From: Gracilinanus agilis
Taxonomy: Eukaryota
Assembly (NCBI RefSeq): GCF_016433145.1
Contig: NC_058130.1
Location: 797,441,400-797,505,399, forward strand
Direction: 5' to 3'
Length of the DNA: 64,000 bases
In this document: piece after piece, positions 1-13,224 of the stretch
How the letters are laid out: each line of letters opens with the position of its first letter
How positions within the stretch are numbered: the stretch's first letter is position 1
Made by a program: the position numbers and the translations under genes
Notes under the pieces: model-generated
Told to the model about the DNA's origin: nothing
Databases searched by the model: none
The model's input: only the letters and a program-made list of their open reading frames with translations

Positions 1-9
1 CAAACAGTC

Positions 10-231
10 CTACTCTAAACTTCTTACAGCTTTACATTCTTCAGGAGATGTTTGCAAAACACTTTTACTCACACCTGTATCAACTGAACAATCATAGATT
101 TGTCTCCCAACATTAAATGTAACATGTGGTTCTGTGCTATTTGGTGGTGAATGTGTACTTATAATAGGTGCTAAAATAGATGGATACGGGAATTGCATCT
201 CTAATTCCTGATCACCACATTCCACCTCCAT
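10..231 (-). mobile_element. pro: Endogenous retrovirus aspartic protease (pro) fragment
   Basis: Translation contains EPHVTFNVG...VDTGVSKSVL, matching the gammaretroviral-type protease pattern EPRITLKVGG...LVDTGAQHSVL (catalytic DTG). It lies directly downstream of gag on the same strand. Confidence 0.8.
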
Positions 232-239
232 TTACTTCT

Positions 240-2000
240 GCATCATTATTTTGACAAGGTTTAATAGTTCTATCATTTTGCCAGGATTTACTTTTTTTAC
301 CACACTTTCCTTCATTTTCTATTCCATTGCTCACTTGTTTTTACAGTCTCTCTGTGCTGCAAACTGTGCTATACTGAACGCATCTTCATAATGCACGTGC
401 ACCCTTTTGCGTATCCACTTTCTGGGAATTGCCTCCTGCTACTTGAGAGTATTTAGGACGAGCTCCACTTTTCACATATTCTTGCTTGTTGGGATCCATG
501 GCAACAACCATGATTACAGCAGTTACTATCTTGCTTTTGGTATGCATTGTTACACCTTTTATTATAGTTTTACAAATTCTGCCTGTAACCATTGTTAAAG
601 TTATTGCCTTGGTTTCCCCTAAGTCCTTGGTCATAGAACTGTCCTCTAAAATGACACTCTCTCATCATGTGTCCAACACGGTTATGGAAATAACATCTAG
701 GGAGGTTTTGTCTATTTATTCTTGAACTGTAACCTGTTTTAGTAGGTCTGGTAAGACCTTAAAGCTGCTACTGCTTTTATCTCTTTTATCTCATTTTCCT
801 TCAACTTTGGGTTTACTTCTTTTAATTGCTTTCTTAAATCATCAGTTAAGTCATTTCTGTCCTCTTCCTGTCTGTCTTTATCTGCTTGGTAAATATAGTT
901 AGCAGTTCTTTTAAGTTCTTCCAATCCCATAGTATACCAGTTACAACAATTATTTTTAAAATAGTTTCTTACAGAGGGACAAGAATTCTTTACAAATTTT
1001 CTTTGAATATGGCCTATGTTATCCTTGGATAAAATACCCATTTCTAGCCATTTCTCTCTACAATCTATAAGTCTATCCAAAAATGTTGTTGGTGTTTTCC
1101 CTGCCTCCTGCCTTAATCTTTCAAATTTTGACCACATGCCAGGGCATTTGGAATTTGCTTTCATAACTTCTAAAATAGATTCCCTAGCTTTTCCCAAATA
1201 TCTGTAAGCTTCAATGGAATTCATCTCGAATTCAGGATTTTCAGTGGGCCAAGGAGTGAGCTCTTCGTTATTGTTTGTTTAACAAATTGCTTTTCTCTCC
1301 TAGTTAATAGTTCATCCATAAGAATTTCAAAATCTCAAAAATCTGGATCACAAATCCTAACTGCTCTCTTAAATTCCCTTATTACTGCCACTCGTTCGTC
1401 ATCAAATTTTGGAATTCTTTTTAATTGCATCCAAACCGGTTTTCACGAAATGCTTATGGGCTTTCATATGCAAAATTCCCAAGTCAGGAAACATATAAGG
1501 CACATCTCACAAAGGAAACATCGTTGCAGGAGAGTTTTCTAAAGCTTGTTCTTCTAATTGTAGCTTATTCAGTACTTCTTGTTTTTTTAGCATTCCCTGT
1601 TTTGGCTACTTCTTGTGGTACCATCTCATACCTTTCCCCTTTGACTTTAGTAAGTTATAAGCATTGAGCTTCCACCTGCTCAAGCTTTGCTTGGAGGGTC
1701 AGAACTAGTTCTTTTATTTCACTGTTCCCTATGATTAGCCAGCCAGTAACATTAAGTCTCTTAAAAAATTGTTACTACAATTTTCTTGAATTGATAGAGG
1801 CAACCTAGTAGAAGAATCAGGAGAGTTAAATGAGGCAGTGCTCTATGTATGGCCATATCCATAATTGGTAAGAGAGCTTGGAACCCCAAAAGATCATGTA
1901 TGTAATCTGGCATGATTACCATACAGAAAAAAGGTATCATTATGGTATAATAACAAATAGTCTCCATTGCACTATGTTTAGGCATACTGGAGAAATAAAC
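240..2000 (-). mobile_element. gag: Degraded ERV gag (capsid best preserved at 739-1224)
   Basis: ORF 739..1224 has RLRQEAGKTPTTFLDRL...FVKNSCPSVRNYF..W...LEELKRTANYIY, the Gag p30 C-terminal pattern of class I ERVs. Flanks are broken by stops and frameshifts, so limits are approximate. Confidence 0.75.
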
Positions 2001-2290
2001 TTCCTGGGTAAGATGAATTTCTCCAGGGACACAACAGGAATTATTACCTTCCGCCTTTATAAGTGCAATGCAATTTGATTGATAGCTGACTGGGAGATTT
2101 GTTATGGAGCCCCCTAGCAGGCGAGAGAAGGTACTGCAACTGTCAGCACTGACTGTTGCTGAGTCTGTCAGTTACAAATTGTAACCTTCACAGAAGCCCC
2201 CTGCTGTGATTCAAGGTTTTTAAATGGATTTTGAGCTAAAAAAAAAAAAAAAGTCAAATCTCTAGGTTTTTTTCCTGTACCAGCACACCA

Positions 2291-3129
2291 ACTAAAAAAA
2301 TATATATGGAGGAGGGAAGAGATATGGGTAATGGTAGCTCAACTCGGGGATCCCCCAGAATACCCAGCTGGGTATTCTAGCCCCCGGTTAGTGAGAGTGA
2401 AACTCAATCACTTTCTCTCACTGGGCCAGTTGCACAAATGCTTTGAAGACAATAATTGTAAAACAGTATCTCTTTTATTTAAGAGGGAATACAAACTGAG
2501 GATCAGAAAAAGGAGTCCCTAACTCTAAGGAATCTAGCTAATTACCCATAATCCTCTATGTCCCTAGAGAGAGGGAGTCTTCTGTTTCTTCAGGCTAACT
2601 TAACATGCTGATTCTATCTAGGTATCTCCCAAACTGAGTAAGCTAACTATCTATGACCCTCAGTAGTTGGTTTGATTTGTTCCCCAAAAACTGCTATGAA
2701 TGAATTCCAATGGCTAAGTTCACCACAGGGGAGCTGACCCCTGAGGTAAAACCTCAAAGCTGATCTGACAGGAAATTTTAGATAAAACTTTCTGATAAGC
2801 ACAGCACGTATGGTCAGATCCTTTTCTAGATCTTTCCCAGTTAAATAGAGCACCTCCAAAGATGAATTAGGGGTATACTCCTTCTCCACAGTCAGGTGAG
2901 GTAGATGAGCTCTGATAAGCCCGCCTTTCCTCCACCATTCCTGGACAGGAAGCCCTTCACCTCCCAAAGGAAGTCAAGTTACTCTAGCTGTTATCACTTC
3001 CAAACTGTTCCTCCTCTGCCTTCTCCCTGCTAAAATCCTTTCCCTTGAGTTCCTAGTATGTGCCTTAAAGAGAGCCTTCCACTTCACTTAAATCTTATCC
3101 TATCTTTAACCTTTTCCCATTATAATACA
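2291..3129 (-). mobile_element. Probable 5' LTR of the ERV
   Basis: On the minus strand it begins TGTATTATA at 3129, exactly where L1 sequence stops. It has a minus-strand AATAAA (~2474-2479) and ends near 2291, followed by TGGTG at the PBS position upstream of gag. Confidence 0.55.
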
Positions 3130-6100
3130 TAGAAGGTAAGCTGTTTAGGATGATAGGCAAAAAAAGAAAAAATCAAGAAATGAAAAACAGGATTGCAGTA
3201 AAAGGTAAGAGAGAAGTAAAACGGAGTAAACTATAACACATAAAGAGGTGGGGGAGATATTACAGCGGAGGGGAGGATGAAGGTAGTGATAGGTAATACT
3301 TAAATCATACTCTCATTGGCTCAGAGAAGGAAGAACAGTCAGATTCACTGGGACAGAAAAGCCTATCTAACCCTATAGAGAAGTAGAAGGGGAATAAGAA
3401 AAGCGGTGGTGGGGAGGGGAGTAATATAAGGGAGAGAAAGGCTGGGAGGTGACCAAAAGACCCTGCAAAGAGGATAATAAGAAGGGAGGTGGAAGGAAGG
3501 GGAGCAAAATAAGGGAGGGGGATATAGGAGAGTGAGTAAAAGCAAAACACTGATGTAGAGGGAAAGAATGAAAGGAAAAAGGGCAGGATTAAAAGACGAA
3601 ATCAAGATGGAGGGGAATACACAGATGATAATCATAACTGTCAATGTAAATGGGTTGAACTCACCCATAAAACGGAAGCAGATAGCAGAGTGGATTAAAA
3701 ACTAGAATCCTATGATATGTTGTTTACAAGAAACACATCCTAAGTAGGCAGACACACAAAGGGTAAAGGTAAAAGGCTGGAGCAGAATCTATTGGGCTTC
3801 AAATGAGACAGTGGCAATCATATTCAAAGTTAAAACAAAAATAGATTGGATTAAAAGAGATAAGGAAGGAAATTACATCTTGATAAAAGGTAATGTAGAC
3901 AATGAAGAAATATCAGTACTCAACATATATGCACCAAATGGTATAGCATTCAGATTTTTAAAGAAGAAACTAAAGGAGCTTTGGGAGGAAATAAACAGGA
4001 AAACTATACTAGTGGGACCTTCCCCTATCAGAGCTAGATAAATTTAACCAAAATATAAATAAGAAAGAGGCAAAGGAAGTGAATGAAATCTTAGAAAAGT
4101 TAGATTTAATAGATATCTGGAGAAAACTGAAGAGGGATAAAAAGGAATATACTTTCTTTTCAGCAGCACATGGTACATATACAAAAATTGATCATGTACT
4201 AGGGCATAAAAACTTCACAACCAAATGTAGAAAAGTAGAAATAATAAATGCAACTTTTTCAGATCATAATGCAATAAAAATTTATGAAAAGGCAAATTAA
4301 AAATTAATTGGAAACTAAATAATCTAACTCTTCAAAACTGGTGGGTCAAAGAACAAATCATAGAAATAATTACCAATTTCTATGAAGAGAATGACAATGA
4401 GGAGACAATATACCAAAACTTATGGGATACAGCCAAAGCAGTACTTGGGAAAATTTATATCCCTGAATACTTATATCAATAAAATAGAGAAAAAGCAGAT
4501 CAATGAATTGGAGATGCAATTAAAAAAATGAGAAAAAACCAAATTAAAAATCCCCAATTAAATACTAAATTAGAATCCTAAAAATCAAAGGAGAAATTAA
4601 TAAAACTGAAAATTAAATAACTGTTGAACTAATAAATAAGACTAAGAGTTGGTTCTTTGAAAAAAACCCAAAGTAGATAGAAAACCAAAAAAAGTGGTTT
4701 ATTTGATTAAAAAAAAGGAAAGAAGAGAATCAAATTACCAGTATTAAAAATGAAAAGAGTGATTTCACCTTTAATGAAGAGGAAATTAAAGCAATTTTTC
4801 CAAGAGTTATTTTGCCCAATTATATGATAATAAACCTGATGATCTAGGTGAATTAGATGAATATTTACAAAAATAGAAATTGCCTAGGTTAAAAAGAGGA
4901 AACAGAATACTTAAATAATCTCATCTCAGAAAAAGAAATTGAACAAGCCATCAATGAACTCCTTAAGAAAAAATCCCCAGGGCCAGATGGATTCACAAGT
5001 GAATTCTATCAAACACTTAAGGAACAATGAATCCCAATACCATACAAACTATTTGGCAAAATAAGAAAGACTCCCACCAAATTCTTCTTATGACACAAAT
5101 ATGCTACTGATACCTAAGCCAGGAAGACTAAAAACAGAGAAAGAAATTTACAGAGCACGTTCCTTAATGAACTTTGATGCAAAGAGACTATCACAATTGT
5201 TCACTGTGACCAGTGGGATTTATACCAGGAATGCAAAGATGGTTTAATATTAGGAAAACTATCAGCAAAATTTGACCATATCAACAATGAAACTAATAGT
5301 AATCACATGATTATCTTAATAGATGCAAAAAAAAGCCTTTGAGAAAATACAACACCCATTCCTATTGAGAACAATAGAAAGCTTAGGAATAAAAGGACCT
5401 TTCTTTAAAATAAGTAGTATTTATTTAAAACCATCAGCAAGTATCATCTGCAATGGGGATAAGTTAGAAGCCTTTCCCATAAGATCAGGAGTGAAGCAAG
5501 ACGTCCATTCATTATCACCAATTTTATTTCATATTATAGTAGAAATGCTAGCTTTAGCTATTAGAGAAGAAAAAGAAATTGAAGGAATTAAAGTAGGCAA
5601 TGAAGAAACTAAACTATACTCTTTACAGATGATATGATGGTATATCTAGAGAATCCTAGAGAATCAACTAGAAACTAGTTGAAATAATTAATAATTTTAG
5701 CAAAGTTCCAGCAAAATAAACCCACATAAATCATCAGCATTTCTATATGTTTCCACAGAGCCCAGCAGAAAGACTTAGAAAGAGAAACTCCATTTAAAAT
5801 CTCCCTAGACAAAATAAAATATTTGGGAATTTATCTGCCAAGACAAAACTAAGGAATTTTATGAACACAACTACAAAACACTTCCCACACAAATAAAACT
5901 AGATCTAAACAATTGGAAAAACATTAATTACTCATGGGTAGGCTGAGCTAATATAATAAAAATGACTAACTTATTTAAATTAATTTATCCATTCAGTGCT
6001 ATACCTATCAAACTACCAAAAAAAACCTATAATTTTTTTTAAAAACCCTTATCTTCCATCTTGGAATCAATACTGTGTATTGGTTCCAAGGCAGAAGAGT

Positions 6101-7745
6101 GGGAAGGGCTAGGCAATGGAAGTTAAGTGACTTGCCCAAGGTCACACAGCTGGGAAGTGTCTGAGGCCAAAGTTGAACCTGGAACCTCCCGTCTCTAGGC
6201 CTGGCTCTCAATCCACTGAGCTACCCAGCTGCTCCCACAAAAAAACTATTTTGTGGAACTAGAAAAATAACAACAAAATTCATCTGGAAGAACAAAAAGT
6301 CAAGAATATCAAGAGAACTAAAGGAAAATAATGTGAAGGAAGGAGGTCTAGCAGTACCAGATCTTAAGCTGTACTATAAAGCAGTGGTCATCAGAACAAT
6401 ATTGTACTAGTTAAGAAATAGAAGGGTGGATCAATGGAATAGAGTAGGGGTAAATGACCTCAGCAATCTAGTGTTGGATAAACCCAAAGATCCCAGCTTT
6501 TGGGATAAGAACTCACTATTGGACAAAAACTGCTTGGAAAATAGGAAAAGAGTATGGAAACAATTAGGTTTAGATCAATATTTCATACCCTTAACCAAGA
6601 TAAGTTCTAAATGAAAATATGATTTAAATATAAAGAGTGATATTATAAGCAAATTAGGGGAACACAGAATAGTTCACCTGGTATACTACAGAGAAGGGAA
6701 GAATCTGTGACCAAACAAGAGAACATTAAAAGTTGTAAAATGAATAATTTTGATTATATTAAATTTAAAAAGGTTTTGTATAAACAAAACCAAGGTAATC
6801 AAGATTAGAAAAGAAATAACTGGGAAAAATTTTAATAAATTTCTCTGAGAAAGGTCTCTTTTCTCAAATATATAAAGAATGAAGTCGAATTTCTAAGAAT
6901 ACAAGTCATATCCCAATTGATAAATGGTCAAAAGATATGAATAGGCAGTTTTCAGATGAAGCAATCAAAGTTATCAATAATCATTTAAAAATGTTCTAAA
7001 TTGTTCTTCATTAGAGAAATGCAAATTAAAACAACTCGATAGAAAAGAAAAATGATAAATTTTGGAGCTGTGGCAAAATTGGGACACTGATGCATTGTAG
7101 GTGGAGCTGTGAACTGATCTAACCATTCTGGAGGGCAATTTGGAACTATGCCCAAAGGCTATAAAAGAATGCATGTCCTTTGATCCAGCAGTACCACTAC
7201 TAGGTGTGTATCTCAAAGGGATTTTAAAAAATGGGAAAGGGCCTGTTTGTACTGAAATATTTATAGCTGTGCTTTTTGGGGTGGCAAAGAATTGGAAACT
7301 AAAGGGATGTTTGTTGACTGGGGACTGGCTGAACAAATTGTGGTACATGACAGGGATGGAATACTATTGTACTATAAGGAATGATGAACCGGATGATTTC
7401 AGAAAGAGCTGGATAGACCTTTGTGGACTTACGCAGAGTGAAATGAGCAGAACCAGGAGAACACTGTACACGGTAAATGCAATATTGTGGAACGACCAAA
7501 CAGGATAGATTTTGCTCCTAACAGCAATACGATGATCCAGAACAATTCCGAGGGACTTAAGAAAAGGAATGCCCTCCACCTCCAGAGAAGAACTGTGGGA
7601 GTCAGAATGCGGATGAAAACATAGGATTTATCACTTTATATGATTTGGGGTTTTGGTTTAATAAGATAATTCACTTACAAAAATGAATAATATGGAAACG
7701 TTTGGTATGATAACACAGGTATAACCCAGGCTGAATTGCCTGCCA
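3130..7745 (+). mobile_element. L1 LINE (inter-ORF spacer, degraded ORF2, 3' UTR)
   Basis: ORF fragments give L1 endonuclease (IKRDKEGNYILIKG, YTFFSAAHGTYTKIDHVLGHK), RT ([10 protein letters not shown]) and C-terminal (FDPAVPLLGVY) motifs. Many stops and frameshifts. Confidence 0.95.
6033..6236 (-). mobile_element. SINE1_Mdo-type tRNA-derived SINE inserted in L1 ORF2
   Basis: Reverse complement of GGGAGCAGCTGGGTAGCTCAGTGGATTGAGAGCCAGGCCTAGAGACGGGAGG...GGAACCAATACACAGTATTGATTCCAAGATGGAAGATAAGGG, with an approximate TSD caaaaaaa(c)ctat. Confidence 0.92.
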
Positions 7746-7906
7746 GCTCTGGGGGAGGGCAGGGATGATGGCCTGGACTTCTCTCCAATGAACTCTTCCA
7801 TCATGTCCCAGGTGTCTCATCATCCTCACACCTCACCGAGGACTTTGTTCTAATTGTGTATCATTTTACCACAGTCATCTTTACTTCAAGTTGAAGCACA
7901 AGTCTA

Positions 7907-8099
7907 TTTTTTTTCCTAACTGATCTTCCATCTTAAAATCAATACTGTGTATTGGCTCCAAGGCAGAAGAGCAGGAAGGGCTAGGCAAAGGGGTTAAGTG
8001 ACTTGCCCAGGGTCACACAGCTATAAAAAGTGTCTGAAGTCACATTTGAACCTAGGACCTCCCCTCTCCAAGCCTGGCTCTCTATGCACTGTGATACCT
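7907..8099 (-). mobile_element. SINE1_Mdo-type SINE
   Basis: Same diagnostic tail (aatcaatactgtgtattggctccaaggcagaagag) and core (gtgacttgcccagggtcacacagct). Confidence 0.85.
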
Positions 8100-9184
8100 A
8101 GAAGGCCTCTCAAGTCTGTTTTCAAGGCCTTTTCCTCATCCCTTCCAGGGAATGGTCCCTGCCCCAACAGGGTGAGCTCCCCTCTTGACTAGCTCGGCAT
8201 TCTTGGACTGAGTTGCTCTTCAGCAGGTTTCACTTATTTCATCTAGACACTGAATCCTATGGTCAGGTGAGTGCTCTTCCCATCACTGGGGAGGGAACGG
8301 GAAGAATACTGGCCCACATCCCATCAGGCTGGGGCTGTCTAGGGAAGGGCTGAATAAGGGCTTCCAGATTCGCATTTCATGACTCAAGACCCCAAAGGAG
8401 ACAACTCGGGCCTGATTCCTATTTGCCGCTACCAGCAACCTTGGTTTTTCATGCTGAGCCCTTTAAGGTTGGTAAAGCCCGGGGTCCTGAGCGTGGTCCT
8501 CTTCTTCACAATTCCACATGGTGGCCACCTTCCCAAGTCCCCCCGCCCGTGTTTACGGCTATTCCCCAGGAAAGAAGAGTCGATGGCCCACTGAAGCATC
8601 CTTGCCTCTGGAAATCCTTCCTAAGCAAGCTGCCCTGAAGCAGCAGCTGATACTTTATTTGGGCAATGCCGAGCCCTCCAGGAATCGCTTTGGCACAGCC
8701 CTCACGCTCAGCGCTAAATAAAGGGAAGGCCGCACTCCTCTGGGGAACTCCCCAAAATCAAACAAGTGACCCAGATGCACAACAACAAAAAGCTGTACCG
8801 TTAAAGGGCCCTGGTTTCAGGGGCGAGTTGTTCATTCTCAGCTGAGAAGAGGACGCGTTAGAGGAATCTAAAAGAAGGCCCCGCTGTCTTGGGAGCTTTT
8901 CTTTCGCTCTGGATTGCAAATACGCAGGAGAAGCCTCTCAGTCCTAGCTCCAGCTTCTAGTCTCATAAGCGTGCATGGACACAGGATGAGGCAGAGAGAA
9001 GGTAACGAGTCATCCGGCCCATGGTTTGGTCTCACCATCTCCATCACGGCCCAGGACCCTTCTGATTGGTGGCCCCCACCAGGCCGTCTCCCTTTGGCCT
9101 CCCCCATCCGGCCTCTGAGCCAGGCACCTCCTTTCTAGCTTCCTCCCCCAGGCAGGCGTCTCTCTTTGGATCCTACACAACCTG

Positions 9185-9570
9185 AGAGCAGGGACACTGC
9201 CCGTTTGTCTTTGTGCCTCAGCATGGTGCCTGGCACGTGGTACGGGCGAACATGTTTACTGACTGAATCAGACAGTCAGTCGTGGATGGCAAGAGGCAGC
9301 TATGCTGAGTTTGCCTAAGAAACGTCAGAATTTTCACATTTTTGGTAACTCACTTTTCATGCTTTTAGGGAAGTCTGTAGCATTGATACCTCTGAGGCCG
9401 CTAAAGCCTACAACTGCACAAAGACTTCTGGGACACGCTGCCCCACTCGTTTCTTCTTGGGCTCCTCTCCTCTCTGCTCAGAAAGGGGAGAGGCTGGGGA
9501 CAGCTGGGAAAGGTAAGTCACTTAACCTGCTTGCCTCAGCTTCCTCATCTATAAAATGGGATCCTAAGAG
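9185..9570 (+). mobile_element. L2 3' end (9185-9270) and MIR fragment (9500-9570)
   Basis: gagcagggacactg...gtgcctggcacgtggta...gactgaat is an L2 tail; aagtcacttaacctgcttgcctcagcttcctcatctataaaatggg is the MIR core. Confidence 0.65.
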
Positions 9571-10082
9571 CCGCTGGGTTCTGACACTAAGATGAGGGAC
9601 TCTCTGGGAAGTCTCTGCAAACCTTAAAGAGCCGTGGTTGTTAGGAGATTCCTGCGCAGGGTCACGGGGGCTGAGACAGACGTTCTGAAGGCAGCATTCG
9701 GGCTGCACCTCTGTACTGGCTGAGGCCTGGCCCGTCCCGCCCGCCTCACCAGGGCCCAGGGGCCCTCCACACCAGGCCTCTGGGGATCGGGCTCTCTCGC
9801 TGAGAACGGTTGATGCTCACCAGCTGACCCGCACCAAGGCCCGCCAGCGGCTGCCTCGTGGGCCCTTCTTGGGCCTCAGCTCTGCCTCCATTGGCAGGGT
9901 AAGTGCTCAGAGGCCACAAATGTGTCTTTTTACGGATACTCCACAGGGGCCTTCCTGCTCTGCACAGCGCCTGCCACCACCCACAAGAGAAATGGCACTT
10001 GGGGACAGCCGGGTGGCGCTGCGCACAGAGAGCCCCGCTTGGAGCTAGGTGACTCTGGGCAAGTCACTTCCCCTTCACTCAC

Positions 10083-10118
10083 CTGGTGGGCCCGAGAGGT
10101 CGGGCACACGGGGGCCAT
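10083..10118 (-). CDS. First coding exon (MAPVCPTSRAHQ) of a third ZNF-like gene; downstream exons not found in the window
   Basis: ATG...CAG|GTGAGT with a phase-0 donor, preceded by the acceptor tctctccccag|ctgccc. It parallels MAPVPPAAAAPQ| (23007) and MAPPPPATALQ| (38332). Confidence 0.55.
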
Positions 10119-10699
10119 TCCTGCTTCTCCTGGACGCCTCCTTCGGGCAGCTCAGCTCTGCAGGGGGCAGCTGGGGAGAGAAGGGAACCATGAAGGGGGC
10201 TCCAGCAGACAGAGCCAAAGGGGTGATCCGGTCCTTCGGGTTTTTAGGGTGCAACGAGGCAGGGGAGGGATTGTCTGAGCTGGCCCGAAGGGCATGAAGC
10301 ACAGGGAACACCAGGGCCAGTTCTGCTGTGGGCCTCCAAGTAACCACCTGGGAAATGGGCCAACAGCAACAGGACCAGCCCATGGGGGGAGGGGGACAGG
10401 GAAGAAGGCTTGGAGAGCAGCACTCCCGGGCTCCGGACTGGAAGGGTGAATGGTCAGCTGGCGGGGTGGGGGCAGGGGAGACAGGCAGGAGAAGGGGGTG
10501 GGGCAAGAAGAGAACCAAGAGGGGGAGGGGAAGAAGAGGGGAGAAAGAAGGGGCGGGAAACGGGAGAAGAGGAGCGGAGAGAGGAAGGAGGGAAAGGGAT
10601 TTCCGAGGAGAGGCCGAAGAATTACCGCACGAGAAGAGCCCGCAGGACAAAGGTTAAAGGGCAGGGGTCACACACCCCCCCAATCTCCAGGCCTGGGCT

Positions 10700-11260
10700 C
10701 CGCGGGGGAGCCCTGATTTAGACCTGGGAGGACGCGCCTCGGAAAGATCCCGCAGCTCAGGTCCAGTGCGGGAGGCGCGGGTCACCCGCAGGTGCAGGTG
10801 CAGCAAGGGGCGGGGCAGCAGCCGCGCCACGATTGGCTCCGAGGCCCCGCTCCGCCCTGGGAGGGCCAATGGACGCGCCCGACTAAGCCGAGGGGCGGCT
10901 GGGACCCCCGCGCGTGCGCGTGAGCATCCTCTCCCCCTCCTACTCTAGGCGCGGAGCGTCCGGCTTCTGCCCTGGGGTCCCCCGCCCCGTCCCGCCAAGC
11001 TTCTGGCTCCCCACTCACCCTGACCCGAGACACGAGTCTCGGCTCGGCGGCGGCGGCAGCCAAGCACGCAGCCTAACAGAGGCGGCACCTGACTGCAGAG
11101 CAAAGAGAAGCCGAAAGCGGACGTGACGCACCAAGCGGATGCTTCCGCCCCATCTTCCCGCGGGAGCCATGGCGACTGCGTCCGATCCCCGCGTAGACTT
11201 CTGGGAAACGTAGTCCCAGACTGCGGTGCCGGTGCCCTTGGCCCCACCAGCGCCCACTCT
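10700..11260 (-). promoter_or_regulatory. CpG-island promoter and non-coding exon 1 (donor after 11019)
   Basis: CpG-dense. Minus strand reads GACTACGTTTCCCAGAAG (ZNF143/SBS-type, 11199-11215), CGTCACGTCC (11119-11129) and cagg|gtgagt. CCAAT and GC boxes lie at 10808-10872. Confidence 0.7.
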
Positions 11261-11359
11261 TGTTCTGCAGCCAGGCATTGGCTCTGGCCTGGTCACCACC
11301 CTGCCCTCTCCGACCCCAGATCCCCTAGAAGCTTTCAGGAGCTGGACCCCAGAGGCCAA

Positions 11360-11600
11360 CCTCATATTACAGATGGGGAAACTGAGACCCAGAGAGCCAG
11401 GTGGTGCAGTAGATAAAACAAAGGTCTTGAATTCAGATCCTGATGCATACAGGCACTAACTCTGTGACACGCAAGTCACTTCGCCTCTGTTTGCCTCGGT
11501 TTCCTCGGCTGTAAAATGGGGATAATAACAGTATCTCCCCTCTCCCGGGGTTGTTGTGAGGCTCCAAGGAGATGGCGTTTGTCAAGCACAAGGGCTTACC
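11360..11600. mobile_element. MIR-family SINE fragments (both orientations)
   Basis: cagatggggaaactgagaccc and caagtcacttcgcctctgtttgcctcggtttcctcggctgtaaaatgggg cores. Confidence 0.7.
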
Positions 11601-12545
11601 TGGAATTCTGTGTAGACTAGTCGTTGTGGTTGATATTATCGTGTAATGAGAGGCCCAACCACCCACTCAAAAGGATCATGAACTTAGCTAGCGGGACAGC
11701 CATGGGCTCCTCGTGGGGAGAATGGATGCTGCCTAGCCTGCCAGCACAAAGAATGGGAGCCCCAGGCTCCCTGGTCCCTCCCCTCTTTCCCCATTGGCTC
11801 GTTACTTGAGACTTGCCTGCTTCCTGGCAAAGCTAGCTAAGGGAAGTGTCATTGACAAACCCGTTATCCTAATTATTCCGGCATCCCCCGTGGAGGGGAC
11901 ATTTCCAAGTAAAACTTGGCAGATCTGGAACGCAGGCCTCCAGAAATGGGTGCAATAAAACTACAGGCAGAGCTCCGAGCCAAGAGCCCTTTCCTAGAGG
12001 GAGCCGGGCCCCTCCAACAGAGAGGATCCGGGCCTTCCTCACCACTGAGAGCCCGGCTTCTCCGGAGGGCAGCCATCTTGGAGGCCGGCCATCAGGGCGT
12101 CCTCTCATTGCTGGCCTCCAGGCTCTTAAGAGGCAGCAACCAGCCCATCCATGCGCCCCGGCAGCCCGATGTGACTATTAGGTCCCGAGCAGGAAGCGGC
12201 CAGCCTGCCGGGGCTCTTAATAGATGGCGGGGCTACTCACGGAAGCAGGTGGCCCCCGCCCAAGCTATGCTGACCAGCTGGGGTTTAACGGAGGGGAAGG
12301 AATCCGGCCAGCCCTAAGCCAGCCCTAGTTCCTCGGGATTCTTGCCTGCTGCTACTAAGCCGAGAATCCCCAGCCCCAAGGAATCCCATTCACCTCCACG
12401 ATGCTGACTAGAACCCATCCGAGGGACGGAGACAGCCGGGAAGGGTCAGCCGATGGCTGCGAAAGACGGCAGCTAGCATTTATCTTGCCCTTCTTGGCGA
12501 GTAAGGCTTTTACGTACATTATCTCATTTGATCCTTCCAACAAAG

Positions 12546-12577
<32 letters not shown>

Positions 12578-13224
12578 AGGTAAGCACTCCTGACGTGTGC
12601 ATTTTACCGCTGAGGAGAGGGCGATTCACAGAGATTAAATGACTGGGCCAGGCCACAAAAGCAGGAAGCGTCCAAGGCAGGATTTGAACTTGGATCTTCC
12701 CAACTCTCAGACCTATATTCTATCTGCTGGGCCCGTAGAGTCTGGAATCCTTTCCCCAACTCCCTAGGGTGTCCCAATCACCTTACCCAGCCCCCCATTT
12801 TTATGCCTCCTTCTGTGTATTATACTCGTCGAGTGCAAAGACTGTTTTTCTTTTTATTCGTTGTATTCCCGGGGTTTGGACAGTGCCTGGTACATCAGAG
12901 GTGCTTAATAAACGTTTATTAGATTGGAGTTAGTGGACTCGATCTTTTGTCCTTTGTGGCTTCACTCCTTGGGAAGGTTATCCACAAGGTGTGCCTCTGC
13001 TCCCCTTCTTCTCACTGTGTAATGAGCAGATCTGGTATCTAGCCTTACTCTCTCCGCTGACCTTTAGTCTGGCACCTCCAACTGCTGTCTTCTGAATGTT
13101 CCATAAAGATCTTAAATTCAACATGTCCAAAACAGAGCCATTATCTTCCTTCCTCAATCCTTCCCTCTTGCGAACTCAATGTTTGAACATTGTCCCAACT
13201 TTTTGTCTTGTCATTGGGCTTTGA

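Noticed and set aside
9750-9892. KRAB-like exons for the minus-strand gene
   Set aside because: Two GTGAG donors exist, but there is no VTF.DV/EEW motif and the implied 21-nt intron is too short.
12549-12577. Poly-G run as a functional G-quadruplex
   Set aside because: It sits within a MIR; homopolymer length is unreliable and nothing supports function.
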